NCBI RefSeq assembly: GCF_009914755.1
Contig: NC_060925.1
Length of the DNA: 64,000 bases
Source of the DNA: the human T2T-CHM13v2.0 reference genome, Homo sapiens
Reading direction: 5' to 3' (one strand)
The notes under the pieces were generated by a model that was not told the DNA's origin, did not search any database, and saw nothing but the letters and a program-made list of their open reading frames with translations. The position numbers and the translations under genes were made by a program. Shown here piece by piece: positions 22,232-36,539 of the stretch (its first letter is position 1; every line of letters starts with the position of its first letter).

Positions 22232-25200
22232 ATTAAAAATTAAAGGGATATTATTTAGATTTTCTGTAAATTGAACTTTGGAATAAAAGCACAACAGAGT
22301 TCTATTAAAGCATTAAACTGCTCTTTATAAATGTGTTATTGGTACATATTCCAAAATTATGTGAAACTCCTATAATTCTGATATAACAGTGTATATTATT
22401 AGTAATAATTATAATCATTAAATTATTGGGTGCCACAGAGGTAACAAATTTCTTGGTCAATTGTGTCTTTGACTGTGGCTGCCCTAAGACTTCTTATTAT
22501 TTATATAGACAATTGTTGTCTTGTTTTTATCCCCTTAGAAGGTGGTTTTATAATCATCTATAGAACTCTGACAGGTGCTCTTGAATGCAGATTCTTAATA
22601 ACTTTGGAGACTGTGACAGTAGAATAAAGGAAAAACTTTTAGGACTCTCATGGATACCTGAAATGCTTATGAGTATCAGGCAGAACAGAAGTTAACTGCA
22701 TGGACTGAAGTAATACAACACTGAAATAATCCATCTATTTATAGCTCTTAACAATTGAGTAAAGTACACTCCTATAAACAAAGTTTAGAGCATATTTCTC
22801 TCTACTGGATTTCTCCAGGATTTGGAAACTACTTGTGAGTATTCTTAACTTATGGCAATATAGTTATTTGCATAAGTACAGTAAGAATCTGTTTTCTTTT
22901 GCAACAAAACACAATTGGAGAAACTGGATATTTTACCAAGGCTTTGACTGGAATGGTGTGCTTTCCTTTAAAGAATCAAATTTGACTTATAAAGCCAATA
23001 AAAGCTCTTTGGGAAAATTGGCCTCATACCTTATCTACACAGTCCCTGTACAGGGTTCCAGTCCTGTAGTAAGTAAAGAATGTCACTTTCTGACAGGCCC
23101 AGGAGACCCAAGTTATCTTGGGACCTCAAAAGGAGAGAAATTTACTCAATTAATATAGATATTTGATGGCACAAACCCATAATTGGGCTCCAGGCTTTAA
23201 AAACATCTTATCTGAAATTCCTTATGAAACAAAGTTCTATCAAAGACAATTTTAATAGGAACCTATATGGCAAATAATTACTCTTGCTGTGCTTTATGCA
23301 AGTAACAAGCCAAGTATAATAATACTAAAGCTTATTTTACAAACAAATCTGCCCTATTGTAATTTGTTTTTAATAAAGATCAGGACTAGAGAGAGAAAAA
23401 TTATGTTTCAAAAATGATGGTACACCTGTTATTAGATTCTAGTCTCATCAGTTGTTTTTAAGTTAACTCTGCTTATCCCTTTGAACCAACCAGTAATCTC
23501 TGGCTGCAGGTCAGAAGAAACAAGAAGGTTGAGTCATGTAATAACCTGGATTCATATTTTAAATCTGGGTTTTGTGTTGTATGTGCCAAAGTTGCAATGC
23601 ATATGCAAATTGAGCACTAAAACGCAAGGTCCATTATCAGTTTTTATAGTTTGTGGAAGGTCTAAAGTCATAATGGATTCAAAAAGATGAGCAATCGCAT
23701 CTTTAGTTTTTTTTTCAGGTCTGGGGGATACCATGTATTAAGCCCATATAACTGTTTACAGTAACGTGGAGAAATTTGAAGCATCTAAAGGGTGGATATT
23801 GAGTAACATTAGTTTGCCAAATAGCATTAGGTACTAGACCTTGTAGGTTGGCACCAAGTCCTAAGGAAAAAGCGGATAGAGAATGTCATTCGCAATCAGG
23901 GTAGGTTTTAATGATCATGCGAGCTTGAGCGAGCATCAAATGAAACTGTTGTTTAAGACTGTGGGCATTCTGGTGAAAAAAGGAATGATTAGCTTGAGCT
24001 CGCAAAAAGGCAGCAGAGTCTGCAAACCACATTTGTGGTTGTACCAGAGCATCGGCTCAAGCGTTTCCTTCTGACAAGGGACGAGGTAGCCTACAATGAG
24101 AGGGATTGTGTGTGATGTAAAGAGGGTGACAACAGGCATAGAAGAACTCTTGTGCTTCGAGAAATAAAGCTAGTAGGGGTTCATTAGTAATGCTCTTCAC
24201 ATATGCAAGATCTAAATGAGTAATATGATCCACTGCATAAGCGGAATCACTAACTATATTTATGTCTTGATGAGGAAAAGTTTGTAAGGCCAATATTAGG
24301 GCACTTTATTCCGCCCGTTGTGTGGTTTTGAAATGTTCTTGGATTTTGTGCTACCAGTTTTGCATGGCATCTTGCCACACTATAGGTGCCTTTCTAGTTT
24401 TTCCTGAGCCATCTGTAAAGACAATAGTGGCATGAAGCAAGGGCTTAGAGACAACAATAGATACAAATTTAACAGGCACATTTGTAAAACCTTCAGGAGC
24501 TTAGAGGCTGATAAATGGAAGCTGATGTCACCAATACAGTCGGCCATTGCTACTTGCTAATCAAGATCACAAGCTAGGAGAGTATGAAACTATTACTTGC
24601 TTAAAGGTAGGAAAAGAGTAGCAGGGTCATATTCTGACAATTGGATGCAACGTCAGCATTCCTTTACAAGAAGAGAAGCTATTAAATCTGTGGTCTTTTG
24701 TATGTGTTTAGAGGGGTTATGAGACAGGTAAGGGCAATGGCTTTTTTACTGGGGAGAAAAAAGCTCCAGTCCATCCTCATCACTAGAAAAAGTTTTTTCT
24801 TTATGCCCCACAGAAGGGAGTGAAGTGGGGGGAGGAGCTCCTCCCTGTTGTTCTTGTTCCTGTTTTTCTTTTCTCTTTAAAATTTCTGAATTCCCTTCAG
24901 GTGGAGAAAATGGGCGGTCTGACTTACCACGATCTGACATATAAAGGGGGTATAACGCAGATCATACTCCAGGTGGTCAAAATGGTAACATTAGTAAAAT
25001 GGCCCTGCTCAAATCCCCTTTTCAGGCAACCACCCACCTGCTCCCATGACTTTAAGTCTAATATTCCTTGATTAGGGAACCAAGGGCATTCCTGCCGAAC
25101 TAAAAGCGTAAGCGTATGCAAAGCTTCAGACTCTCTGGTGCACTGGATAGCCTTAAGCAATTGTCTCACCATTTTAAAAAATACTTTCTGCTATTTGGTC

Positions 25201-25275
25201 AACTTCTCACCCGTGGTAACCCGAGCCCTGGTATTATACACATAGGTCCTGTCCTCCTGAAAACGGGTCAGGACT

Positions 25276-25603
<328 letters not shown>

Positions 25604-25683
25604 GAAAATGGGTCAGGACTGTCCCTTATCGGTATTCCCTGAAGATTGGTATGTCATCCTGCTCCACGAGTAATTTCAAGGCG

Positions 25684-25701
25684 ATCACATCGGAGTCACC
25701 A
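25684..25701 (-). promoter_or_regulatory. Retroviral primer-binding site, tRNA-Trp-like
   Basis: TGGTGACTCCGATGTGAT, 2 nt after the LTR-terminal CA; 16/18 match to the tRNA-Trp PBS TGGTGACCCCGACGTGAT. Confidence 0.85.
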
Positions 25702-26633
25702 CTTGCAGCTTGCTCTGCAGTGAACGCCGAGAAATAAGTATTGAGACAATTACAGCTGAACGGGGCAGGGAGGAGCTCCTCGAGGGAGTGCTGCTCCAAG
25801 ATCTGTCCACCAAGTGTCTGTTGAGAGGCTTGTTAAACTACAATTCAGACCAACAAAAGACATCCACCAGGTGGCTTTTTGCAGTCGTGACATGAGGCAC
25901 ATATGGCCTTGTTTATTACATCTAAAAGCACTCAAACCGCCTTCTTAGGAGGCTGTGTTCAGCGCCCCTTATCACACATTCTGCTCCTTGTCCTGTTTTC
26001 AGGGTCAAGGAGTTATAGTCTCATGCACAAACAACACACACACAGTGCCTCAGTTATTTTTTCAACCTCAAATGCCTTGTACATAAGCTTGAATATGTTG
26101 TTGTGTGCCCCCTACACTGGGCACTTGTTGGAATTGGCTAGCAACCCCAGGCATGCAAGTCTTAGCAGGCATGAATGTAACCACCAGCTACCTGGATGTG
26201 TCAGCAGCCTCAAGATTTTTTGGAGCTGCCCTCACCTCCTTGTTTCATTTTGACATCTCTACTTGTCCTTTTTGGTCCATGTCTTCTATATCTAATAACC
26301 TGATTTGTCTCCTCTCCAGGGCATCAAGCTCCAGATGATCCTCAGTGAGGAATACATCCTCTCAACATTCAAGAGTTATCCTTCTACACTGGACCCTTAC
26401 ACTGCCCATTAGTGGGACATGACAGAGGTTAAATCCTGCCCCTTTCTCTGTTGGACTTGGCTGGAAACTGCTTTCATGAACCCACAGAGTCACCTGCCCT
26501 AACAGCTAGCAGGAGGCCAAGATTCACAGAACAACAACCACCGGCCCTCTGTGAGCAGGGAGCAGTTTACAGAAGACTGGTGTTTGTCCATTTTCCCCCA
26601 AAATTTGGGGTACTGGACTCTTGACGGGGGGAA

Positions 26634-27323
26634 TGTTACAGTAGGTAGTCAGGCAGACATGAGCAGGGCAGGAGAGGATACCCCCTAGGAATGTCAGGTA
26701 ACCATCAGGTGATGGTCAGACAGTTGTTAAGCTGTCTCTCTAAAATAATAGTCACAGCCAGCATGAGGGAAAGGCAGTCTCCCAACAGATAAAGCAAAAC
26801 CCAAAGCTGGTGATCAGCAGTTTCCCATTAAGATCTCAGGAGTTGGGCGAGTGGGCTCACACATGCGTACTAAAAGGCAAAATGGCAGCATTTAACTGGT
26901 ATATCACTTTCCTCTAGGAACACTCAAATGGTAAGGGAAGAACACCTCAAGTGAGCATGCATACAACTCCAGTGAACACACTGTGCTCGCAGCCCCTCCG
27001 AAGGGCTAGCAGGCCACTGCGTGTGCAGACAGCCCACCCCAAGGGAAGAATCAGGGGAGAAGGGATGCAAGACCCCAGAAGCATGCTAACATATAAAACA
27101 CCAAGTCAAAGGTCAAACAGTGCACTTGGTCTCTCAAGCCACCCGCTTCCAAATGTATTTTGATTTTAATTCCAGCTCCAAAGCTTTTTAATAAGCTTTC
27201 ACTCCTACTCTAAAGCTTGCCTTGCTCTCTCCCTCTGCCTTATGCCCCATGGTTGAATTTTTTCTTCTGAAGAGACAGTAATTGAGGTTGCTGCAAACCC
27301 ATACGAATTCACCACCTCTAAAA
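26634..27323 (+). mobile_element. MER50 3' LTR, essentially complete
   Basis: TGTTACA start after PPT, ATATAAAA near 27091, AATAAG poly(A)-signal variant near 27190, followed by TSD CTAA. Confidence 0.92.
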
Positions 27324-27568
27324 CTAAGATGCAAAAATGACACCTGCCACCTCTGAGCTCCAGGTTCCAGAGGGTAAAAGAAAATGGAGGTTGAAGAGCC
27401 CAGTCAGAGGACTATAGTCCTCCGGTCGTGAGTGTTCAGAAGGTCTACTGCCCAGTGTTTTTGCTGAGTCATTTGAGGTTTTAGTCAGCATAGAATAATA
27501 AAACCTATTTTCAACCCCACTAGGACTAGGGCCACTACTATTCCTGGCTGGCTTATCACTGGTTCCAA

Positions 27569-28113
27569 TGTAACCAAGTGCCCCCATTATTCTAAGAGAT
27601 AATTTAATTGTTGTTATGTGTTTTTTTTTCCTTTTCTTTTTTCTTTTTCCCTTTCCCTCTACTCCCTACTTAGCCCTTTCTGAAATGCAAAATAACCTCT
27701 CACCAGACACTCCCTACAGGGCAAGTTCACCTATGTGCTCCAAGACAGATCTGTTGATTTGCAGATCAAAGCATGTCCTTATGGAACTCCTCCCTTCGGG
27801 CGGTTGCCTCAGAAAGGCATGTGGAAAGCATGCCTATTTGGTCACTTTTACAACTTACTTCTGCCCGGGAAGGCACCAACTCAACTGTTCAGTATTTAAC
27901 TGCCCAGTAGCAGGGAGACCCCCCTGCCCTTGCTCACTTCTTCCTTTACCTTATAAAAGTGTTCACTTTTTGCTCCAAAGGCAAAGTGGCACATTTAAAG
28001 GAGGATACTTCCTGCCCTCCTCCCAGACTTGTTTTGGAAATACATTCACTTTTCTTGTGCCAGGCCTCGTTCTTGTTAACTGTGGCGAGCGACTAACCTG
28101 CTTTTCAGTTATA
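27569..28113 (+). mobile_element. ERV1 solo LTR (MER83/MER84-like)
   Basis: TGTAACCAAGTGCCCCCA...CCAGACACTCCCTACAGGGCAAGTTCA...GGCGAGCGACTAACCTGCTTTTCAGTTATA. Confidence 0.7.
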
Positions 28114-28731
28114 CCAGGAGGGGGCAGTACAACACTGCCTGAGTAGGCTCCAGCTTGGAGGCCATTCCCCAGGGAGACTAAAAGACCCGAGGGACTCAGG
28201 ACGATTTCCCAGGGTAAATTTAACATTTAAGAGACAATAGAAAAAAGGGATCCTGAAGAGGAAAATAAGGAGGATCAGTCAGATAGCAAGGAGAAGGTGG
28301 TCTCAAAATTTGAGAGCAAAAATTTCAAGACTATATCCAGATTAACAAAAAGTGCTTCCATTTCATTTAGCAATTGTGTAGTCAGTAGCCACCTTGGCCA
28401 TGATGAGAGCCATTTTAGTGGAGGCAGAAGCCAAATTCTCCATTTCTCTCCTCCTTTTTTCTCATCCCCACTTCTCTTCCTTTCTCCCTGTTGGATATTT
28501 CTTGAGCTGCATCTGGAGATGTAGAAATGAAAGTCATAATATTGCTCTTAAGCAACTCACAGTCTCATGGAGAAAACAGAGAAGCAAAACATTGAGAAGC
28601 TGCAAAATGAGAAACTGTGGTGTCACATAGAAAGGGTGCCTAATGCAAACTGTGTATGATCAGAGGAGGTCTTTGTAATGAACATGTGTAAAATCTTTTT
28701 TTATACACACAAAAAAATCAAATAACAATAG

Positions 28732-28959
<228 letters not shown>

Positions 28960-29688
28960 TGAGGATATTTCAGTGTGGCTGAAATAAAGACTGGATACAG
29001 AAAGCAGGTCCCGTTTCCAGACTGGTCCAGATCACTAATGTTTTAGTGTACATGATGAAGGGTTTAGATTTTATCCTGAAGGCTCGTGAAGGGAGCTAAT
29101 TAAAGGGTTTTGAGCAGATTAGTGATATACTGTGGTTCACAACTTAAAAAGAATATTCTGGTAAACAGGAGAATGAGACCACAAACAAGGGGGGACATTT
29201 TAAGGCTATTGGGGGGATCCAGCCAAGGCCTTCATTATTGCTCAACTTGGCTGAAGCAGAGGTGGTGGTGTGAAGGGCAGGGGTCAGAATGAGCAGAACT
29301 TGATACCTGGTTGCATATGGGGGTAAAGGAAGAGGGAAGAGGAAAAGTCTGGTTCCTGGCTTGTGTGGTTGCATCAGTGGATAGGATAAGGGACAAGTTG
29401 GGACATGAGAGATGATAAGTTCAGTTTTGAATATATTAAGATTAAGATATCTAAGAGGCAGATGAATATATGTATCTGGGGCTCAGGAGAGAGACCTGTG
29501 CTATGTGCCAGCATGCAAATAATTATGGCACACAAATTCTTACTCAGAAAGAATATGTAAAGTGAAAGGAGGTTGGGGATGGAATCCCCTGGTAATACCA
29601 ACATTTAAGGGATGGCAAAGGATGAGGCATATGCAAATGAGACTGACAAAGATTTACTAGAAAAGAAGAAAGAAAATTAGAGCATTTT

Positions 29689-30076
<388 letters not shown>

Positions 30077-30164
30077 TTAAAGGAAATTAAAGAATCTGAG
30101 GAATTAAGATGTTAATGGTGTTGAGTGCCTGCAGCTTTTACAGGCTCAGGATATAAGTGGCCAG

Positions 30165-30825
30165 TGGCTCTACCAGTGTCAGGTATTCCTTTATAGCAAT
30201 GCAAATTGAACTAATACAAAAAAAATAGAACTGAGGAGTTGGGCATTGCTGTAAAGCAATTGCTGAAATGTGAAAGTGGCTTTGGAACCTGGTAATGGGC
30301 TGGGGTGGGCAGAGTTTGGAGGGCTCAGAAGAAGACTAGAAGATGAGGGAAAGTTTGGAACTTCTTAGAGACTTGTTAAGTGATTATGACCAAAATGCTG
30401 ACAGAACTATGAACGGTGAAGGCGAGGCTGATGAGGTAATAAGAATGAACATGGTAAATAGAGTCAGTAGAGAAAGACAATAGGAGTGGTACCATGGAGA
30501 GCCAGATAACATAAAGTTCTGTGGAAGAAATTATAAATGGGTCAAATGCATCTGCTTCTGGTGAGAGCCTCAGGAATCTTCCAATCATGGTAGAAGGTGA
30601 AGGAGGAACAGGCACGCTACATGCAAGAGAAAGAGCAAGAGAGAGAGGGGAGGAGGTTCCAAGCTCTTTAAACAACTAGTTCTTGTGTGAACTAATTGCT
30701 GCAGGGAGGACACCAAACCATTCATGAGGGATCCAACCCCATGACCCAAACACCTTCCATTAGGTCCCATCTCCAACACTAGGGTCACATTTCATTTGGA
30801 GGGGACATACATTCAAACCGTATCA
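30165..30825. mobile_element. MaLR (MST-like) fragments: LTR end plus internal start (+), then a partial LTR (-)
   Basis: TCAGGTATTCCTTTATAGCAATGCAAATTGAACTAATACA followed by MaLR-int; then GCTTCTGGTGAGAGCCTCAGG...ATTCAAACCGTATCA. Confidence 0.7.
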
Positions 30826-31464
30826 TCCCTGAACTTGCAAATTAATGTTAGAAGTGAGAGATTTCTTGAGGAATACCCACTAATTTCACATTTGACTAAA
30901 CTTTGAAGATTCTTTCTGGAGGTTGAGGGAGTACACAAAGAGGTACCATCACCTCCTCCCCTTTTGGATCTTACAGAATTGCAGGCACACTCGATCATCA
31001 GAGGTGGGGATTCATAACAAGTAAGTTAAAACTACTTTTCTGTGGTGGTGGCAATGTACTGTAAGAGATTAAATTGCATTCAGTTATTACACTGTTCTCT
31101 TGGTTACCCTCCACTGTTTCCATTATTTGAGAAGAACTTTTTATAATTCTGATTATGCTGTTATATTTTCAGGAGGCAAATTCCTTACATGATCCAGTAA
31201 ACATATCATCTTCCTTTTGTGCTGGTCTAACACCATGCCTTATATCTTAGTTCTTGCAGCAGTTGTATCCACCAGTCAAGGAGGAAAATAATAGTTTATC
31301 AGGTCTGTGGCTGGTGTCCATGAGTCTCAAGTATTAAATTATGACGGTTACATGCATTCTCAGGAAGGCTTTAACATCAGTATAAATATTTCACAGAAAA
31401 TTGGAAGAAGTATTCTATTCAAGATGTCCGAACTTTGGTTAAATAGTGATTAAAATATATTAGT

Positions 31465-32203
<739 letters not shown>

Positions 32204-32511
32204 TAAAGAATAATTTTAGATGATAATTGAGTGCAAAATCACATTCATAAGAAGGTGGCTGCACACTATTCACAATAGCAAAGACATGGAATCAACCTAA
32301 ATGCCCGTCAATAGGTAAAGAAAATGTGGTACACATACCCCATGGAATACTATGCAGCCATTACACAAGTTTACCTGTGTAAAAAACCTGCACTTGCATC
32401 CCTGAACTTAAAAGTTAAAAAATGAAAAGAAGGTGACTGCTATGCTTGCTATATAACATACTCTAATTATGGGCGTTTTGAAAAACAAGTGATTATTGAA
32501 ATGCTATTTTT

Positions 32512-33245
32512 TAAAAATTATTATACTCTTAAGTTCTAGGATGCATGTGCAGAACGTGCAGGTTTGTTACATAGGTATACACATGCCATGATGGTTTGCT
32601 GCACCCATCAACCCATCACCTACATTTGATATTTCTCCTAATGTTATCCCTCCCCTAGCCCCCTACCCCCCGACAGGCCCCATTGTGTGACGTTCCCCTT
32701 CCTGTGACCATGTGTTCTCACTGTTCAACTCCCACTTATGAGTGAGAACATGAGGTGTTTGGTTTTCTGTTCCTGTGTTAGTTTGCTGAGAATGATGGTT
32801 TCTAGCTTCATCTATGTCCCTGCAGAGGACATGAACTCATCCTTTTTTATGGCTGCATAGTATTCCATGGTGTGTATGTGCCACGTTTTGTTTATCCAAT
32901 CTTATCATTGATGGGCATTTGGGTTGGTTCCAAGTCTTTGCTATTGTGAACAGTGCTGCAATAAACATAACATGTGCATGTGTCTTTATAGTAGAATGAC
33001 TTATAATCCTTTGGGTATATACCCAGTAATGGGATTGTTGGGTCAAATGGTGTTTCTGGTTCTAGCTCCTTGAGGAATGGCCACACTGTCTTCCACAATG
33101 GTTGCACTAACTTACACTCACACCAACAGTGTAAAAGCATTCCTATTTCTCCACATCCTCTCCAGCATCTGTTGTTTCCTGACTTTTTAATGATCACCAT
33201 TCTAACCGGCATGAGATAGTATCTCCTTGTGGTTTTGATTTGCAT
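32512..33245 (-). mobile_element. 5'-truncated L1PA (ORF2 C-terminus plus 3' UTR)
   Basis: [35 protein letters not shown]...; TSD GAAATGCTATTTTT / GAAATGCTGTTTTT. Confidence 0.95.
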
Positions 33246-33569
33246 GAAATGCTGTTTTTAAAACTACACTAGTTGTTTACAGTACTGTTAAGGGTGGCTT
33301 AAATAAGCAACAACAGTTTCTCAATTTGAGATGACACAAACTCCCCCCACCCCCAGAAAAGCAGAAGCATTCTTTCTAAATTTTCTCTCAACTTTCTGGA
33401 GTTTCTAAATTTTCCCCCACACTCTGCTCTACCATCATACCAATCTCACAAAAGATGCAGTCATGAGGGCCTGAGAAATCACACAGTTTTGTGCTCCTAA
33501 TTTTCTTCTCCAAATACAAAGAAGAAAATGCTGCATATCATTCATAATTACTCAATTTTTATTGCTCAG

Positions 33570-35130
33570 GACACCCACTTACTCATTTGATATACATATT
33601 GAAGGTCTGCTATATACCAGGCACTCTTCTAGTTACTGGGGATAGGGCAGCAAACAAAGCAGACAAAGTCCTTCTTCTGATGCTTCTTAGATTTTAGGGT
33701 AGCAGATCCTAGAAGGAAAAAATAATAATAAGGCAGGGTAAGGAGATAGAGAGTAAAAGATCAGGGAGTGATGTTTTATAGGGGCACAGGAGCCCCTGTC
33801 TGATAGGTGACACTGAGTAGATCTCAAGAAAGAGATAGCCATATGGTCATCTGGGGAAGGGCCCTCCTCTAGTGCAAAAGCTTTGGAGTGTGCTTGGAAT
33901 ATTCAAGAACATTGAGGTGGTTAGTGTGACAGGTGTGGAATAGGTCAGGGGAAAGTGATGGGAGATGACATTAAAAAGGTAGCCAAGAACCATCATATGG
34001 GGTCTTGGAGGCCCTGGGAAGAAGTTTGTATTTTATTCAAAGAGCTATGGGAGACAACTGGCAAGCAGAGGAACAACATGATCTGACTTATGTGTTTAAA
34101 GAATCACTTTAGTAGCCTGTGAAAAATACATTATAGGGGACAAAGATAGAGGCAAGGAGACTAGTTAGGCGGCTGTTGCAGTAGTGCAGGTGAGAGATGG
34201 TAGTGGCGAAGGTGGTGAAGGCAATGAGAAGTTATCAGGTTCTAGGCATTTTTTCCAAGGCAAAGTCAATAGAATTTTCTGATGGATGGATATGGGGATA
34301 AGAAAGGGGAGTCATGGATAATTATAATTTTCTGTCCTGAAAACCTGAGTGATTGGAGCTGCAGTTTACTGAGTTGGAGAACACAGATGGAGGAGGAGGG
34401 AGAAGGTAGGCAAACAGGAGTTTGATTGGCACATGTGAAGTTTTAGATGCCTTTTAAATATCCAAATGGAGATTCTGAGTAGGTAGCTGGATATACAAGA
34501 CTTGAATTCAAGAAAAAGGTTACAGTTGGAAATAAAATTTGGTATTTCAAACCAAGAGACTGAATGAGATCACCTAAGGAATCAGGATAGATTAAAAAAT
34601 GAGTAAGTCTAAGGACTGAACCCAGAGACATTTTCCATTGCTATAAAGGAATACCCAAGACTGGGTAATTTATAAAGAAAAGAGGTTTATTTGGCTCATG
34701 ATTCTGCAAGCTGTACAAGAATGGCACGTGTATCTGCTCAGCTTCTGGTGAGGGCTTCAGGAAGCTTACAATCATGGCAGAAAATGAAGAGGAGCAGGCA
34801 TGTCATATGGTGAGAGAGGGAGAAAAAGAGAGAGGGGAGAAGGCACCAGGCTCTTTTAAACAACCAGCTCTCACATGAACTAATAGGGCGAAATCTCACT
34901 TATTACTATGGGGAGGGCAACAAGCCATTCATGAGGGATCCACCCTCATGACCCAAACACTTCCCACTAGGCCCCATCTCCAACACTGGGGATCACATTC
35001 CAATGTGAGATTTGGAGGGAATAAATATCCAAACCATATCACTTGGGAAGGAAGGAACCAAGAGAGAGTACAGTCTCATGGGCCAAAATGTCTCAAGAAA
35101 GAGGGAATGATTAACTACCAAATGCTTTTA
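33570..35130. mobile_element. L2 relic with an MST-type MaLR LTR (~34631-35041, -)
   Basis: L2 motifs (CCAGGCACTCTTCTAG, GCAGTAGTGCAGGTGAGAGATG) and CATTGCTATAAAGGAATACCCAAGACTGGGTAATTTATAAAG...ATCCAAACCATATCA. Confidence 0.75.
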
Positions 35131-36539
35131 ATTAAATTTTATTTTACAAAGGCAGTCACTTTCTAATTCAACATAGGCTTTACTTTCATTTTCAGTTCTT
35201 CTTTTGATGTTTTTTTGGTGGAGTACCCCCAGGACTTTTCACTGATCTCATTCCACCCAGCTCAGACCCCTTTCCATTTCATAATAGTTTCTCTCCATAT
35301 CTTCCCAGAAATCTTGGCTTGGTCATTTTCAGGAATAAGGAAAGCTGAGACATGGAAAAAGAGTAAAATTGTTTGAATGAGAATGAAATATCTGCTCCAA
35401 AATCACCTCTAGGTCAATTTATACAGGATATCTCATCTCCATCCTCATTCTGTTTGCCAAGATTTTCAGGATTCATAATCATGGCACTTTAAAACTACTA
35501 TTTCTGCCATTGCCACATTTGTACTAGTATGGTGCACAAATGGGTGATACCTCATAATGGAAACATTACTGGGTTTGAGGTCATCACAATATTTTAGTTT
35601 CTGGCTTGGCTGTGCTAATAAAATGCTGTGTAACTTTGGGGAAAATACCTCTCTGGCTCTTAAGAAAATAAGGTCAATATTAGTAAACAAGTTGTCAACC
35701 TGTGACCCAAGTTAGAAAAATGTCTTGTTTACAATTATGGTCAGACATTATGCTCAGTCTCTTATTAGTTCTCACTGTTTGCAGATTCCTTTGGATTTTC
35801 TACATCCACAGTGATAGGGTCTGAAAATAACAATTATTTGTCTCTCTTTCTAATCCAGTTACATCTTCTTTACTTTTCTTGTCTCATTGCTTTGGCCAAG
35901 ACACCAGGTAATTAATAAATACTATCAGTGACTAGAGAAATCCTTGTCTTAGTCTTGACTTTGATACTACTTCTTCTAAAGGTTCAGCATTAAGTATGAT
36001 GTTTGCCAAAGTTTACTAAACATTTTTGAAATTATGAATCCATATTTTTATCAAAGTTTTTACTATGTCTTCTGAGATGATCATATGTTGTTTTACATTT
36101 AATCAATGTGATGGACTATGCTGATAAATTTTTGAAATATTGGCCCATTCTCACATTCATGGGATAAATGCTATTTAGTCATGGTGTGTTTTTATATGCC
36201 AACGGCTTTGATTTGCTAAAGTGTCATTTAGGATCTTTGCAACTATCTTCATAAGTGATGCTGGCGTGTAATTTTCTTTTCCTGTATTTGCAGGATTTGT
36301 GTATCAAGGCTCCTTTTAGCACATATGCCCTCCCTTTCCATGTGCTGTGGATTTCTGCACTGTTTCTCATTCACAGAAATTTTTCCCTTAGTTTTGAGCA
36401 AGGCCATACATTTTAATACATTTGAAAATGCTTTATCTATCATTACTGTGTTTTTCAAGTCCACATGGATTCGTTTTGCCACTTGACAGGAAGTCTTTTT
36501 TAAAAGATTTGACCATTATTTCAATCAAGTCAGTGGAGA

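Noticed and set aside
25684-25701. tRNA gene fragment
   Set aside because: Only the 18-nt complement of a tRNA 3' end next to an LTR, i.e. a primer-binding site; no tRNA, rRNA or snRNA gene was recognised in the window.
27616-28146. 176-aa ORF with a hydrophobic N-terminus
   Set aside because: Lies within a solo LTR; the Phe-rich start comes from a T-rich tract.
30830-31450. Non-obvious segment that might be a DNA-transposon or processed-pseudogene relic
   Set aside because: Could not recognise a family or a coherent reading frame by eye; needs Dfam or BLAST.
32892-33245. 117-aa ORF
   Set aside because: C-terminal fragment of L1 ORF2 in a 5'-truncated copy; not a gene.
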